DNA from: Ruditapes philippinarum
Taxonomy: Eukaryota
NCBI RefSeq assembly: GCF_026571515.1
Contig: NW_026862113.1
Location: 62,001-126,000 of the forward strand
Length of the DNA stretch: 64,000 nucleotides
Direction: 5' to 3'
Made by a program: the position numbers and the translations under genes. Below, piece by piece: positions 49,801-61,800 of the stretch. The notes beneath the pieces were generated by a model. It saw nothing but the letters and a program-made list of their open reading frames with translations. It was not told the DNA's origin and made no database searches. Each line of letters starts with the position of its first letter. Position 1 is the stretch's first letter.

Positions 49801-52800
49801 AATGCACTGGCTTAGTAACCTCAGATTTGGCAGGGAGGTTGTCCTTGAGCTCTTAATGGCCACTGTTGATTCTGACAAAGTGGTATGCGGGGGTATTCAC
49901 GCCATGATAGTGGCAGTTCTAGTTTAGTCAATTAATTCTACTGAGATATAGATATCTTTAAAATTTTTGAAATGCAAATACATATTTTCAGATGAAAATA
50001 GATATTTCATACTAGAATTTGATTAAAAACTCTTGGATTTAATAACTGAAGCATCAAGAAAGTAGGATAATCACAAGGTATTTTTCAGGTTTAAGTTGGA
50101 TGGTTGCCTACTCTTAAGCCCAGGTGTTGTGAGTATGAGCCCTATTTTGGTCACAGCCATGTTTCCTCATATGACACCAACACCAGCAGACCTAAAATTG
50201 ATTAACAAAAATTTCAAGAACATTTATCATGGAAATTTTTTTGTAAACCTTTGTGGTTATACCCAAGTGATAAAATGAATCTCATGTAATGCTAGTGGGG
50301 AACTTGGAGTCCAGTAAAGATGAAAAAACACTATAACTTTGCCTGAGCTCTTGTCAGGAATCACAAGATTTCCATTTGTTTGTGTGCATTCTGCGCCAGT
50401 TTCTTCCTAAACATATACCCAAGATCTGATTTTTAGCACTTAGGAAATTTCTTGATTTACCTTGGACTATTATCAGTGTCTTTGAGATAATAAAAAATTA
50501 AATGAAAAAACTATTTATTAAGGAGAGCCAGACTGCAGTAAGTATGGAACGTGTACAAGAAATGAAGAGTTGGGTGTATCTAGATGTATCTGTGATCCTG
50601 GTTACCAAAGTGATGACTGCTCTCAATTTGTATGTCCAGGACCCCAAGATAACTTCTGCAATGGAAACGGTAAGCTTTTTGTATAATAAGTATAGATTTC
50701 TTTACCTCAAATTTTAGATCACTTGAACAAAGAGTTAAATTTAATCAGTCTCTTTTACCAACTACTTAAGAGCTTGATAAGATATTTTTGAAAACTTGTT
50801 CTTGTGGAGTGATGAATTATTCAGCAACAATAGTGGTTGAGAATAAGCATTCATAGTTTACCTTTCATGTCCAAAATGTTGGTAAAATTATTAAAAAAAA
50901 TTATAGAAAAGTTTCATAATACAATACCTGTAAAATATTTATTACAATGAGTTATGCCAGCTTTATGAAAACCGTCAGGTTTGAGTTACTCAGGTTAATA
51001 CTATAATGATATAATGTTAGTGACAAATGAATATTGATCAAGTTTTTCTCCATAGTATATGTAATTATTAACATTATTACCTTAAACAGTTATTGGATAT
51101 GTATTGTTTAATATTATTTAATGTTGAACATAAAGTCACTTAATCATTTGAGTGGATTCAGAATTGTCTGACATTTGACCTTCAAGTGTGACTTTGACCT
51201 TGAGTTGGCACAAGGGTGCATAAGCTCTTCACATTGTCTTCTTTTGGTGGAAATTCTTAAAGAAATGTAAGCTTGATAGAGCAGGCATGATATCTGGTGA
51301 TGGACTTGACGAAGTACATGACAAAATGATTCCATTTTATAGACCTCTCACATCCAATGTCAGACAAATTCATGCCCTATAAATCTTTTACCCCTTGATA
51401 GATTTTTTTTGCTCATAGTAGTTGAATACACACACGAAAAATATGGTTATTGGCTTAGAACACTTAGAAGAATTCTGTTAAGCTGATTAGTCAGACTACA
51501 ATTTGGAACTAATGCGTCCCTCTCATATTATGACTTGTTTAGTCAATAACTTATCACATACATACAGTCACATTTTGGAGTCTTAGTTTTGTCAAAATAT
51601 GGATTGTATCTTTTTTAGGTGAATGTCTGCTACTACCTGAAGAGACTGCCCCAAAATGTGTATGTAACCACGGTTTCACTGGAACTGCTTGCGATTCTTG
51701 TATGGTAAACTTTGAAGGGAACAACTGTGAAAGATGTAGGACAGGATATATTGGTTACAACACAACTTGTGATGTCATTTGTGTGAATGGATTTGCTACA
51801 GAAAAAGGTCTGTATGTTATGGAGCTTATGTTACCTCAATGTGTCATGTTTGTGCATGGAATGAGAGAAATAAATGATGTTCTTTTTGACTTTACTTTAC
51901 TGTAACAGGCAAAATTAATTCCAATATAACAAAGAGTTTAGTCCCAATATTAAAGGCACAGCTTGTGGCATTTTGCATTCAAATGTATTACAGAAAGTAA
52001 GGGGGGGGGGGAAGACATAAGCATTTTTAAGAAATGTTTGTTATTACAAAAAACTTTTCTGAACAGATGTAGTAAAGTGTATTGTTTGAAAAGTAAGCAG
52101 CCTTTGCCACAAGTATATATCAATTTAGTCTATGCAGGTTTTTTACTGTTTTGCTTACTAATTTCACATTTTTATCTTGATCCTAAAATTGATATTTAAC
52201 AGTAATAGACACTGGAATCTGGAACAAATCTATTTAAGAAATACATAGGGTTAACATAAGTGTCATGCCCAGTGCTCAAACTTGTTATTCTGAGGTAGGT
52301 TAACAGAACATTGCCCATACTAAGGTAATTGGGCTGATGTGGACAATATAGAACCGTGAAAATATTTGGGTGGTTGGTGTCAATATAGAAACATAATGAT
52401 TGCAGGCGGATGTGGAAAATATAGAAACCTAAAAATCATATTTAACTAGATTTATGACTAATTACAGGTGGTAGAGTTTGTGAATGTCATGATGATGACA
52501 TTAAAGGACACTGGATCAATCCTCAAACTGGCTGTACTGATTGTTTAAAAGGCTGGAGTAAACCTACATGTACACAGTGTGCTTCAAGTAAGTATTAAAG
52601 CCATACCTTTATCAAATACAGACAAATATTATGTTACTTGAATAAATTTTTAAAATTTAGAAATAAATGTGGGAAACAATGAAAGATACCTTATCTAATG
52701 CTAGTTTGAAATAAGGCATCAGTAAGACACATAGTAACCAAAAACTTTAAAGATATAATATAAAAGTAGAAAACTGCACATGTCATACTCTTGGTTTTTT

Positions 52801-55800
52801 TTTAAATCATTAATGCCGAGACTTGTTTTACCCTGACACATGTATGAGAGTTCATAAGTGTTAAATGGTTATAATTTGGTAATATTTTGGGGGAGTCAGT
52901 TCTAGAATTTATCTGATTTAAAAAATATGAAATTATCAATTTTTCAAGTTAAATTCTAATGAGGGAGAGGAACTCATATAAGTTTTCTTTCATTCTAATC
53001 CCTTTCATGTAACAATTAAATACATATAAAATGTAATAAATGTAAAATATTGAAATATATATGTTTAAACTAAATTTTAATGCTATTTAAAAACTAAATT
53101 TTAATGCTATTTAAAAACTAAATTTTAATGCTATTTAAACTTTGTTTTAGATTTTGATGGCCCATATTGTGACATAGAATGTATTGACGAGCAGGGATAT
53201 TTTGTGGATGACCACGATGGTGAAGTTGTAAATTCCTCAGTTGTCCCAGTGTTTAGATGTGTAGAGAACATTGGGTCTGACAATTACAAAGCTTGGTTTG
53301 GCTACGAGAATTTAAATCCGAACAACATTTACATTAAACTGAAAGGTGAAAACTCAAATTACTTAAACAAAAGAAGAGTGACTTCTGGCACAAACCTACC
53401 CACAAAATTCATATCTGGAACTGTGAAATATGCAATGGTTATAGGGTAAGTCATAGATTTCATAAAAGAAGACTGATAGTTTATGTCACAAGTTAAAATT
53501 CAATCTTTTTCAGCATATTGATGAATTATACAAATATATGTCGGCAGTTTGAAACGGGATATTACAAATATGACAGTTACAAACATGTTTAAACTGATGC
53601 TTGAATTTTGATAATTAATATAGCGATAATGTCATTTGTGACATTAGGATATTAAATCACATTCAGTTTAGGTGTAAGTATTTCAATAATTTTTATAATT
53701 TGATTTTATAATATTGATACATGTAGCTGGTAAAAATTATAATGACCAATCTAAGCTTTTTATATTTTAATCAATATTTTATTTAATTGTCGAAATTCTT
53801 TCTCACACATTCTCAAATTATTAGATTCCTGCATTTTTATGCAAATAATGAATTAAATGTTTAGCATTGCAAAGTTTTGAGTTAAACATCTTAGAAATTA
53901 GTTTTTTGATCTCAGCTTTAAGGTAAAGTCATGTTATATGAAACATTTTGTTACAGACCTGCAAACTTAACAGTTATAAAAGAATACAGTTGGCGAATAA
54001 TTACAATGAAATTTAATTACACAAGTATCCTGGCCAGTGTTGACCCATCTATTGTTTGTCAAGAATCTCCTGAATTGGTGAGAAATTTCTTTCATTGTAC
54101 ATTTTCAACTGAATTTTTTTTTACAAAATACCAATTTCAGTAGTTACAGCAGTAGAATGGAACCCTAACAAAGTAGTGAATATTCTTTACGCTTTTTATT
54201 TTGCATGTTTCTATTTAATTAAAATGCAGTTGTCCATGTTATGTAATTGCAAATTACAGTTTGTACTTCAATTGCAATGGATTTATACCAACTTAATTAT
54301 CATTTGATTTTTTTCTATTTTTAGATCATCTTAAGTTTAAATAAAGCTTGAGAATTTCATCTAGGATTTAATAGGACTTTCTTGAAATAATAGATTTTTG
54401 CAGAAATATTGCATTTTTAAACAATTTTTATTATTCTATCCAGGATGGTTTACCTAGAATTGTTGGACATTGCAAATGTAAGCATGGTTACTATGGAGAA
54501 TCATGTAGAAATGAATGCCCAGGTGGAGGCAGCAATCCATGTTTTGGTAATGGAATATGTGACACGGCATCTGGCGAATGCAAATGTGACATAGGTGCTA
54601 ATCAGAACAACAGTTGCCAATCTTGTCTCCCTGGATGGTTTGGTAGTGATTGCAAACTCCCGTTAACCGTAAGAGGTAATGATTAAAACAAAAAGAATTG
54701 GACCCATTTAACCCACTGCAGAATGAAAGCAGATTATGATAAATGATACTGACTAAATTGCAGAATTATATAGTTTATTTTTGCTTTGGCATTTCCAGCT
54801 ATAATTTCAACCTGGTAAGATTTTATGTGTATTACCAATTGAAATAAATCTAAGCTGATGAAATATTTTATAAAAAAAATGGCAAAAATATTGTTTATCA
54901 TGAATATTTGTTTTCAGATTCATCAAAAGAATGGTACACAGGAATGATATATGGCTTTGGTAGCTGCCAGACATTTGACGGAACTAAATATGATTGCAAT
55001 GCATTTGGTCAATACCTTGTGACAAGTGTAAAAATTGGAATATCTCAAGAACTAAAAATATTTGCACTAAGGGTAAACAAACGTTAAATCAATTTAACTG
55101 ATTTTGAGTTTTCAACAGAAATAGTATTGTTGTGAAAATTGACATGATGACTTTTGCTTTTGGAATAAATAACGTCAAATTAAAAAGAAAAACATTCAAA
55201 TTTATCAATCAGCATTTGCTTTGTCATGATGTATTAAATGATGACAATTAACAATTGGGAAACTTTTAGTGCCAAATATTTTCCTTTTTGATAGGTAAGA
55301 CCACAATTAATTATTTTAGAAAAATATGTGTAAATTCAAGTTTTATTCTTTTCAGGTGGCAAGTTCTAACAGATTGGTTACTGCAGTCACAAAAGCTGTT
55401 GCCATCACTTTATCAAGTAAAATTTTAGTTATACAAATAGATAAAGAAGGCTTGGGTAGTAAAACATGGCTAAATGGTGAAATATTTGCAATTGGAAGTG
55501 GACTTGAAATTGCCACTGATGTTACAGTAATTCAAATGTCACCCACTCAATTTGTCTTAACAATATCAACAAACTTTTATGTAAATATTGACATCCGTAA
55601 ATACTCGATTGACATATTTGTGAAAAGCAAAGCTACTGTCTGTATTTCTTCCACTGGTTTACTTGGATCATGTGATATGGATCAAACAAATGATTTTAAA
55701 CTATCTGATAGCAACATTCTTCAAGAAGGCAGCTTATTGTATGATCTTACAGTTTCCAACATTGAAAATTTGTTTCTGCCATCTTGGCAGAGTGATGATG

Positions 55801-58800
55801 AAATATTTACACACATAATACATGGGATTGTTGAGAGTTCAGCTCAAACTTGTCTTGAAATTAAATCTAGCCCAATGGAAAGTGAACCCTTACATTTCTT
55901 TACTGATGCTGAACTTACCGTTGACATTAGTTTTCGTATAGATTCGGATCACGGGACATGTTCCACTTTATGGTCGTACAAGAATCCGTCTGGGCATGTA
56001 TTTTCTGTATTGGTTTGTGAGATGTATATTTCATTTCTATATTTTTCACAAAGTGAGCAAATAACTGTTATAAATACGTTACCCGTACAGCTTTCAACAT
56101 GGTATCAGTTGTCCATGGTTTGGACTAGTTCAGAAAAAATGTTAAATTTCTACCTAATAGAGGATGGTTTATCTTACAGTAATGCATTTATACATGGAAG
56201 CATTGGGCTAAACACATTTGCCCCAGGCGGTACATTCATGCTTGGTACAACTCATTACCTCTCCCATAGTTTTGATGGATTTATAGACAACTTACTTATC
56301 TGGAAGTCTTCATTTACTTTGAAGGAAATTTTAGCTCGAGCATTTACTGTCATTATGGTTGAAAGGGAAGATGACCTATCTTACATTTGGAGATTTAATG
56401 AAGGTCGAGGTTTCAAAACGTATGATTCTACACGTCATCAGAAAATATTCAAATGGCAGATTGGCAATTGGGCAGATATTCACTGGAAAATCGGCGCATA
56501 CAAAATGAAATATTCATTTTTTCACAGTAAAAAAGACATTATTCTGTCACAGTCATCAGATTCTGATATTGAAAATTGTAAAGCTACAATAGCCAATATC
56601 CCTGGGACTGAACTTCTTGCAAAATCTGTAACTTATTTGTTCCTTACAGAATGTCTCATAAGCAAGTATCTTGTTCAAGAATTCGAAGGAATATATTCTC
56701 TTGCTACTGCAATAAGTGAACAAATAAACTTTGATCGGACATCAGCAGATTACCCTTTGAAATCTATTTGCAATGTCTACCCAGGTTTGTCTAACTGGTA
56801 TGGCATTAATTGTAATAGATATTGCGTTACTGGAGCTGGCCTTCTAACATCAGAAATATGCAGCTGCAACCCTGGTTACTTCGGAGAAAGCTGTCAACAT
56901 CAATGCCCATCTGCTCGTGGAAAAGTTTGCGGTGGGGGTATTTGTGACACAAACACTGGCCAATGTACATGTTCATCAACAAGGTATGACCCAAAGAGTG
57001 GTTGTGAGTTATGTACTCGTGGATGGATTGGTAAAGATTGCTCGTCAGTTGGGGCAAATATTCCAGACGATTTACCTAAGTTCTCAGCAGTATGCTTCGG
57101 GCAGGGGTATTGTAACATGTTTGATGGCCAAGCGTTTAATATAAGGACACCTGGAGAATATCTTTTATTTCAGAAAACGTCAGCTGTTCTCAAGGTTTTT
57201 GTGAGGATGAAACCTTGTGCCGGAAGTAGGACATGTATACAGCAAGTTTGGTTTCATTTAGCCTCAGATGACTTCACAATTAAAATGCCATTGACCGACA
57301 ACAAACCAATTATTTTGCATCACAACAACAGAAGAATTTCATTAGATAGCCTTGGTACCTACCGAATAAATGCTGATGCTTCAATTTCATGGATTGATAA
57401 AGTGACTTTACAGTTCGTTCTTGGACAGGTTACTGTTCAGGTGTCATACGTTAGACTGTCTCCTTACCTTTCAGTGAACGTTAAAACAAAATGCTCTTAC
57501 AATGATCAAACAGGGCTACTGGGAAATTGCAATCGTAATACCGATGATGACTTTCTGGATAGTGCAGGTCGAGCTGTTGCTTATAAAGACGTCAGTGATG
57601 ACATCATAGATAACCAGTTTTCTTTATATTTTACAAGAACTATATCTGTCCGTAACCATTTTATATATGGATATCCAGACACTTCACTTACAGAACCAGA
57701 AAATATGGCTAAAGGGTATAGTTTGTTTTTCAATAGAAGTGGTGCTATGACTGGCAAAGTACCCTCACATTTGTTTTATGACGAAAGCCATTTGAATGTG
57801 TCTTTAGAAATAAAAATCAAATGTCTAGCTGAAACAGGTTTCATTGTAGGATACTATGTGTCAGATTCGACAAAACAGTTTGCTTTGTACGTGAATAATT
57901 CCATGCTTGAAGTATATATACATCAACAAATTTTTACAACAGACATGCAATTAACCATTGGGAAATGGTATCATATCATAACATCATTCCAGGTCACAGA
58001 TAATTTCTTTAACGTTTTTGTGTACTCTGGTGGATCTCTCGAATATTTTACTCGATTTGATGCAACTGACTTATTTTTCCCTCCATCTGGGAACCTTTTT
58101 GCAGGGGAGTGGATCATTGATCCACCTTTACCATTATCTCCTTTTTATGGACTAATCGGAGAATTAAGAATGTGGAATATATATTTAGACATTCAAATGA
58201 CATACCAGTTGGCCAATGATGCAGACATAAGTAAAATCACAGGACTTATTTTAAATTACCAGTTCACAGAAGGTTTTGGTTTTACTTCATATGATTTGGT
58301 GTTTCATATCGGAATGACGATTGCAGAAATTGAAAATAAAGTGGCTTGGATTCTCTCCGACAAACCTGGTAAGGCAACAATCAGCCAAACCGTTTTAAGC
58401 TCTCAAGAGGTCAAGCGAATTATTGAATGTGAAAAAATGTTTTCAATAGCATCACTGAGTAATGCATGTAATGGATTTGGTGAAGATTTTTCAACATTTT
58501 ACATAGATGCTTGTAAAAATGACAACAGTTACGTTCCAACACTTCAGGCCTATGTTACCATCTGTATCGCCATTTTACGTCCGGTTATAAATCCAGTTAC
58601 AGATTTATGCAGAGATCATAGATCCAGTCACTATGACACATTTTGTGGAGAGTTTTGCCAGCATGGCACGCCCACGTATCATGGATGCACATGTGATATT
58701 GGATTTTGGTCTTGGAATTGTGCAAATGAATGTCCAGATCGTATAGGTGCCGATAAATTACCATGTAATAGCCATGGATCATGTGACAAAGACTCAGGAA

Positions 58801-61800
58801 ATTGTATTTGTTTTACAAACTTTAATGAAACTAACAATTGTGAACGTTGCTTAGAGAATTTTACAGGTGAATATTGTGAAAAGGCTAAACTGGTACTGCC
58901 AGACCTACCTATCAATAAGAATGTCACCAACCCTGTCAGAAAGATTTGTCAAATATTTGGCTCTTTGAAAGTAAAAACATTCAACAATAATGTCATTTCA
59001 GTACAGAATTCTGATGAATGGATCTTGATAGACCCTCTAACAAACGGTTACCCTGAAATAAGAGTAAGAACAATTCAGTGCAGAAAGAAAATTTGTTTAA
59101 AGTCCATTCAAATCTCATACTTGTCTGAAATTATTCTTATTGGTGGCATGAGTAAAAAGAAATCTGAAAGAATAAAAGTAAATGAAAACTTTGGCACATC
59201 TACGATGCAAAATTTCCTTTTTACATCAAAGTCAGAAAACACTTTCATTCTCAAAAGCAAGAAAAGTACATTGAACAATTATTTTAAACTACGGGTGCAT
59301 TTTACAAGAAAAGGATATTTGTCTCTTCTAATGAAACTTGACTGCAATAACTGCACAAGAAGCACACTGTGTAAACCGGATTCTGTATTTTTGGATACAT
59401 ACAAGCCAAATGATTCATCAAGTTTTAGTCATATCACTATTCCCAAATCAAACCAGAGTTTATCAGATAGTTTAGATGAACCAAATACTGAAGCACTATT
59501 TAGTTTAACGTTAAATCGGTCAGACGAAAGAGATGATTTTAATGAGCCTTTCATATCAAATGTTTCCGCTACAGGGGATAAATTCACGATCATATCATCA
59601 AATATTTTGACTAATGTCTTCTCGCCAACTGAAAGAAATTCTATACAATTCAGTTTAAGGCTGAATGAAGGCAGTTCAGGTGGCATATTTCAGTATGTTG
59701 GCGAGTCAACATTCACGCTATACATAGAAAATGGTAGAATTAAAGTGCATGCGGATTCAGCTATTATTGATACATTTATAAATATCCAGACAGGCAACTG
59801 GTGTGATATTAAAATGTCATATGATGATATTGGGCAGATCATAACATTACTTGTAACATGCAACGAAGAAACCGGAAAAGAGCCAATTACAAAAACAAGT
59901 ATATTTCCTATACCTGCACGATGTTTTACACCGAATGGAAGACTAGTTATTGGAAAACCTATCGGAGCTTTTAATACATCTTTAGGAGTGGTCTGTGGTG
60001 GATCATTTACTGGTGAAATAGATGATTTCTATGTGTATAAAGGAAATGAAAAAGAACCTTTGATCTACTTCAATTTTGATAAAGTTGTGGGTCAGAAAAT
60101 TACTGATTCCTTAGGTACGATAAATTACCTAAAAATTCATGACCCATACAACAAAGGTGCATCTAAGTTCACAATATCGACTAAACCATCAGTTTTAATA
60201 TCAACGGAAGTGAAATCTGAATTTTCTGACAAGGCTATGTATGAACAAACAAGGAACAAGTGTACTCAGATCTTTGACACTCCAAGCATAAAACATTCAT
60301 GTTCAAGTCTAGGTGTAACTACAAAAGAACTTTTTATAGGGATTTGTATGGATGAGGTTGCTGATGATGGTAATGCTGTGTTTTCATTCCAGTCTTACTT
60401 AGCTCTCTGTAATGAACAACTTTACGAAACAAACGAAAACGAGGAAAACGAGTCGCAAGATAATGATACAACGCGATACCTGTGCCATGAAGATTTTGTC
60501 AGTGCCGGCTACGTTGGCAAGGACTGTAATATTAAATGTGTCTATCCTGAACCAACTGGAGACGGTCTTACTTGCACTTGTGCTAAAGGTTATTGGGGAA
60601 CAAGTTGTAATTTTGAATGCCATGGAAGTGCAGAGATGCCTTGCAGTAATCACGGTATTTGCGATTCCCAAACCGGCCAGTGCACATGTAGCTTCAATAG
60701 GCAAGGGAATGATTGCTCTCAGTGCGCAAAGAACTGGTATGGTAAAGATTGCAATGTTATGATTCAAAGCAAAATTTTCTCGACAAATAAATTTACAGCT
60801 TCAATAACAAGTAACAGTTATCTCAAAACGTTTGATGGAGCTTTCATACAAATAAACAATGACGACAGACCATTTACTATTTTCCAAGATCCTACAATTC
60901 AAATTGAAGCACTCAAAGGACCAACAGACTTGTACCTAAGCGCATTAATGGCCATAGCAATTAATATTGAAGGGAAAATTATAACTATCTATCCGCAGAA
61001 TTCAGGAACCATCAAGGTGAACGGTCAGATAATTTACCTTGGTCAGATGGATTTACAGTTTGGATATAAAATTGAGAAAATCAGTGAGACAGAGATTGTT
61101 GTAACAGGGCCAAACAACTTTGAATTTAAATGCACTATCATTAAAGGTGACGGTCTGCAAATAGGAATGTCTATCAGTAAAACGGGTTGCAGTTCATCAA
61201 AGGGTATTTTCGGTAAATGTTCACAGGGTGATTCTACCAAATGCTCAAATTCAGATTTTGTTTGTATAATTGACCACATTGGTATTGTTGAAGCAGCAAA
61301 AACCAACAATATTGACAAGGCAGCTTTATATAAGTATTTCAAATCTGTAAGTAAACCTTTTACGGAAACAATATTTGCAAATATTCGGCAATCAAAAGTA
61401 ACATCAGGAACAGCAGTACGAATTTCAGGCGGTGGATACGTGTCTTTGCCAGTTATTGATACAGATACCTTTGGTGTACACACTTATGAATTAGCAATCG
61501 AAATACGACTAAAATTTGAAATTGCTTTCACTTGCACAATCATGAGTATTGCAAATAAAATGGCAACGTTTGGTATCGTGATTGTAAATGATAAATATTC
61601 AATACAATATGGTTTATGGAATTACAATACAAACATACACGTTGTAACTGGACAATGGACAAGTATAGGTTTATCACTAAATGAAACATCTGGTTTGCTT
61701 CTTTTCCATGAAATACATGAGACAAGTTACGGACAATACAAGCGAATCAACATTTCAGATGCCATTAAAGAATATGGGCCTCCAATTGTAGAAGGGAGTA

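Noticed and set aside
46521-49923. Regularly spaced repeats that superficially resemble a CRISPR array
   Set aside because: The whole monomers repeat with no unique spacers, the context is a eukaryotic intron, and there are no cas genes.
51160-51400. Reverse-oriented HINE-like fragment (tgacct motifs), plus other fragments at about 30780, 32105, 33470 and 50090
   Set aside because: Too degenerate to define ends or family by eye. The 51160 fragment also cautions against over-reading the sense-orientation bias.
26595-52587. Assigning a tenascin (TNX/TNC) or teneurin gene symbol
   Set aside because: Only the EGF repeat type is shared. No FN3, fibrinogen, NHL or YD domains are visible, and the flanking domains differ.
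13810-61725. Numerous minus-strand and alternate-frame ORFs (Pro-rich, His-rich, Val/Met-rich) overlapping exons
   Set aside because: They are antisense or shifted-frame shadows of Gly- and Cys-rich codons and have no independent gene structure.
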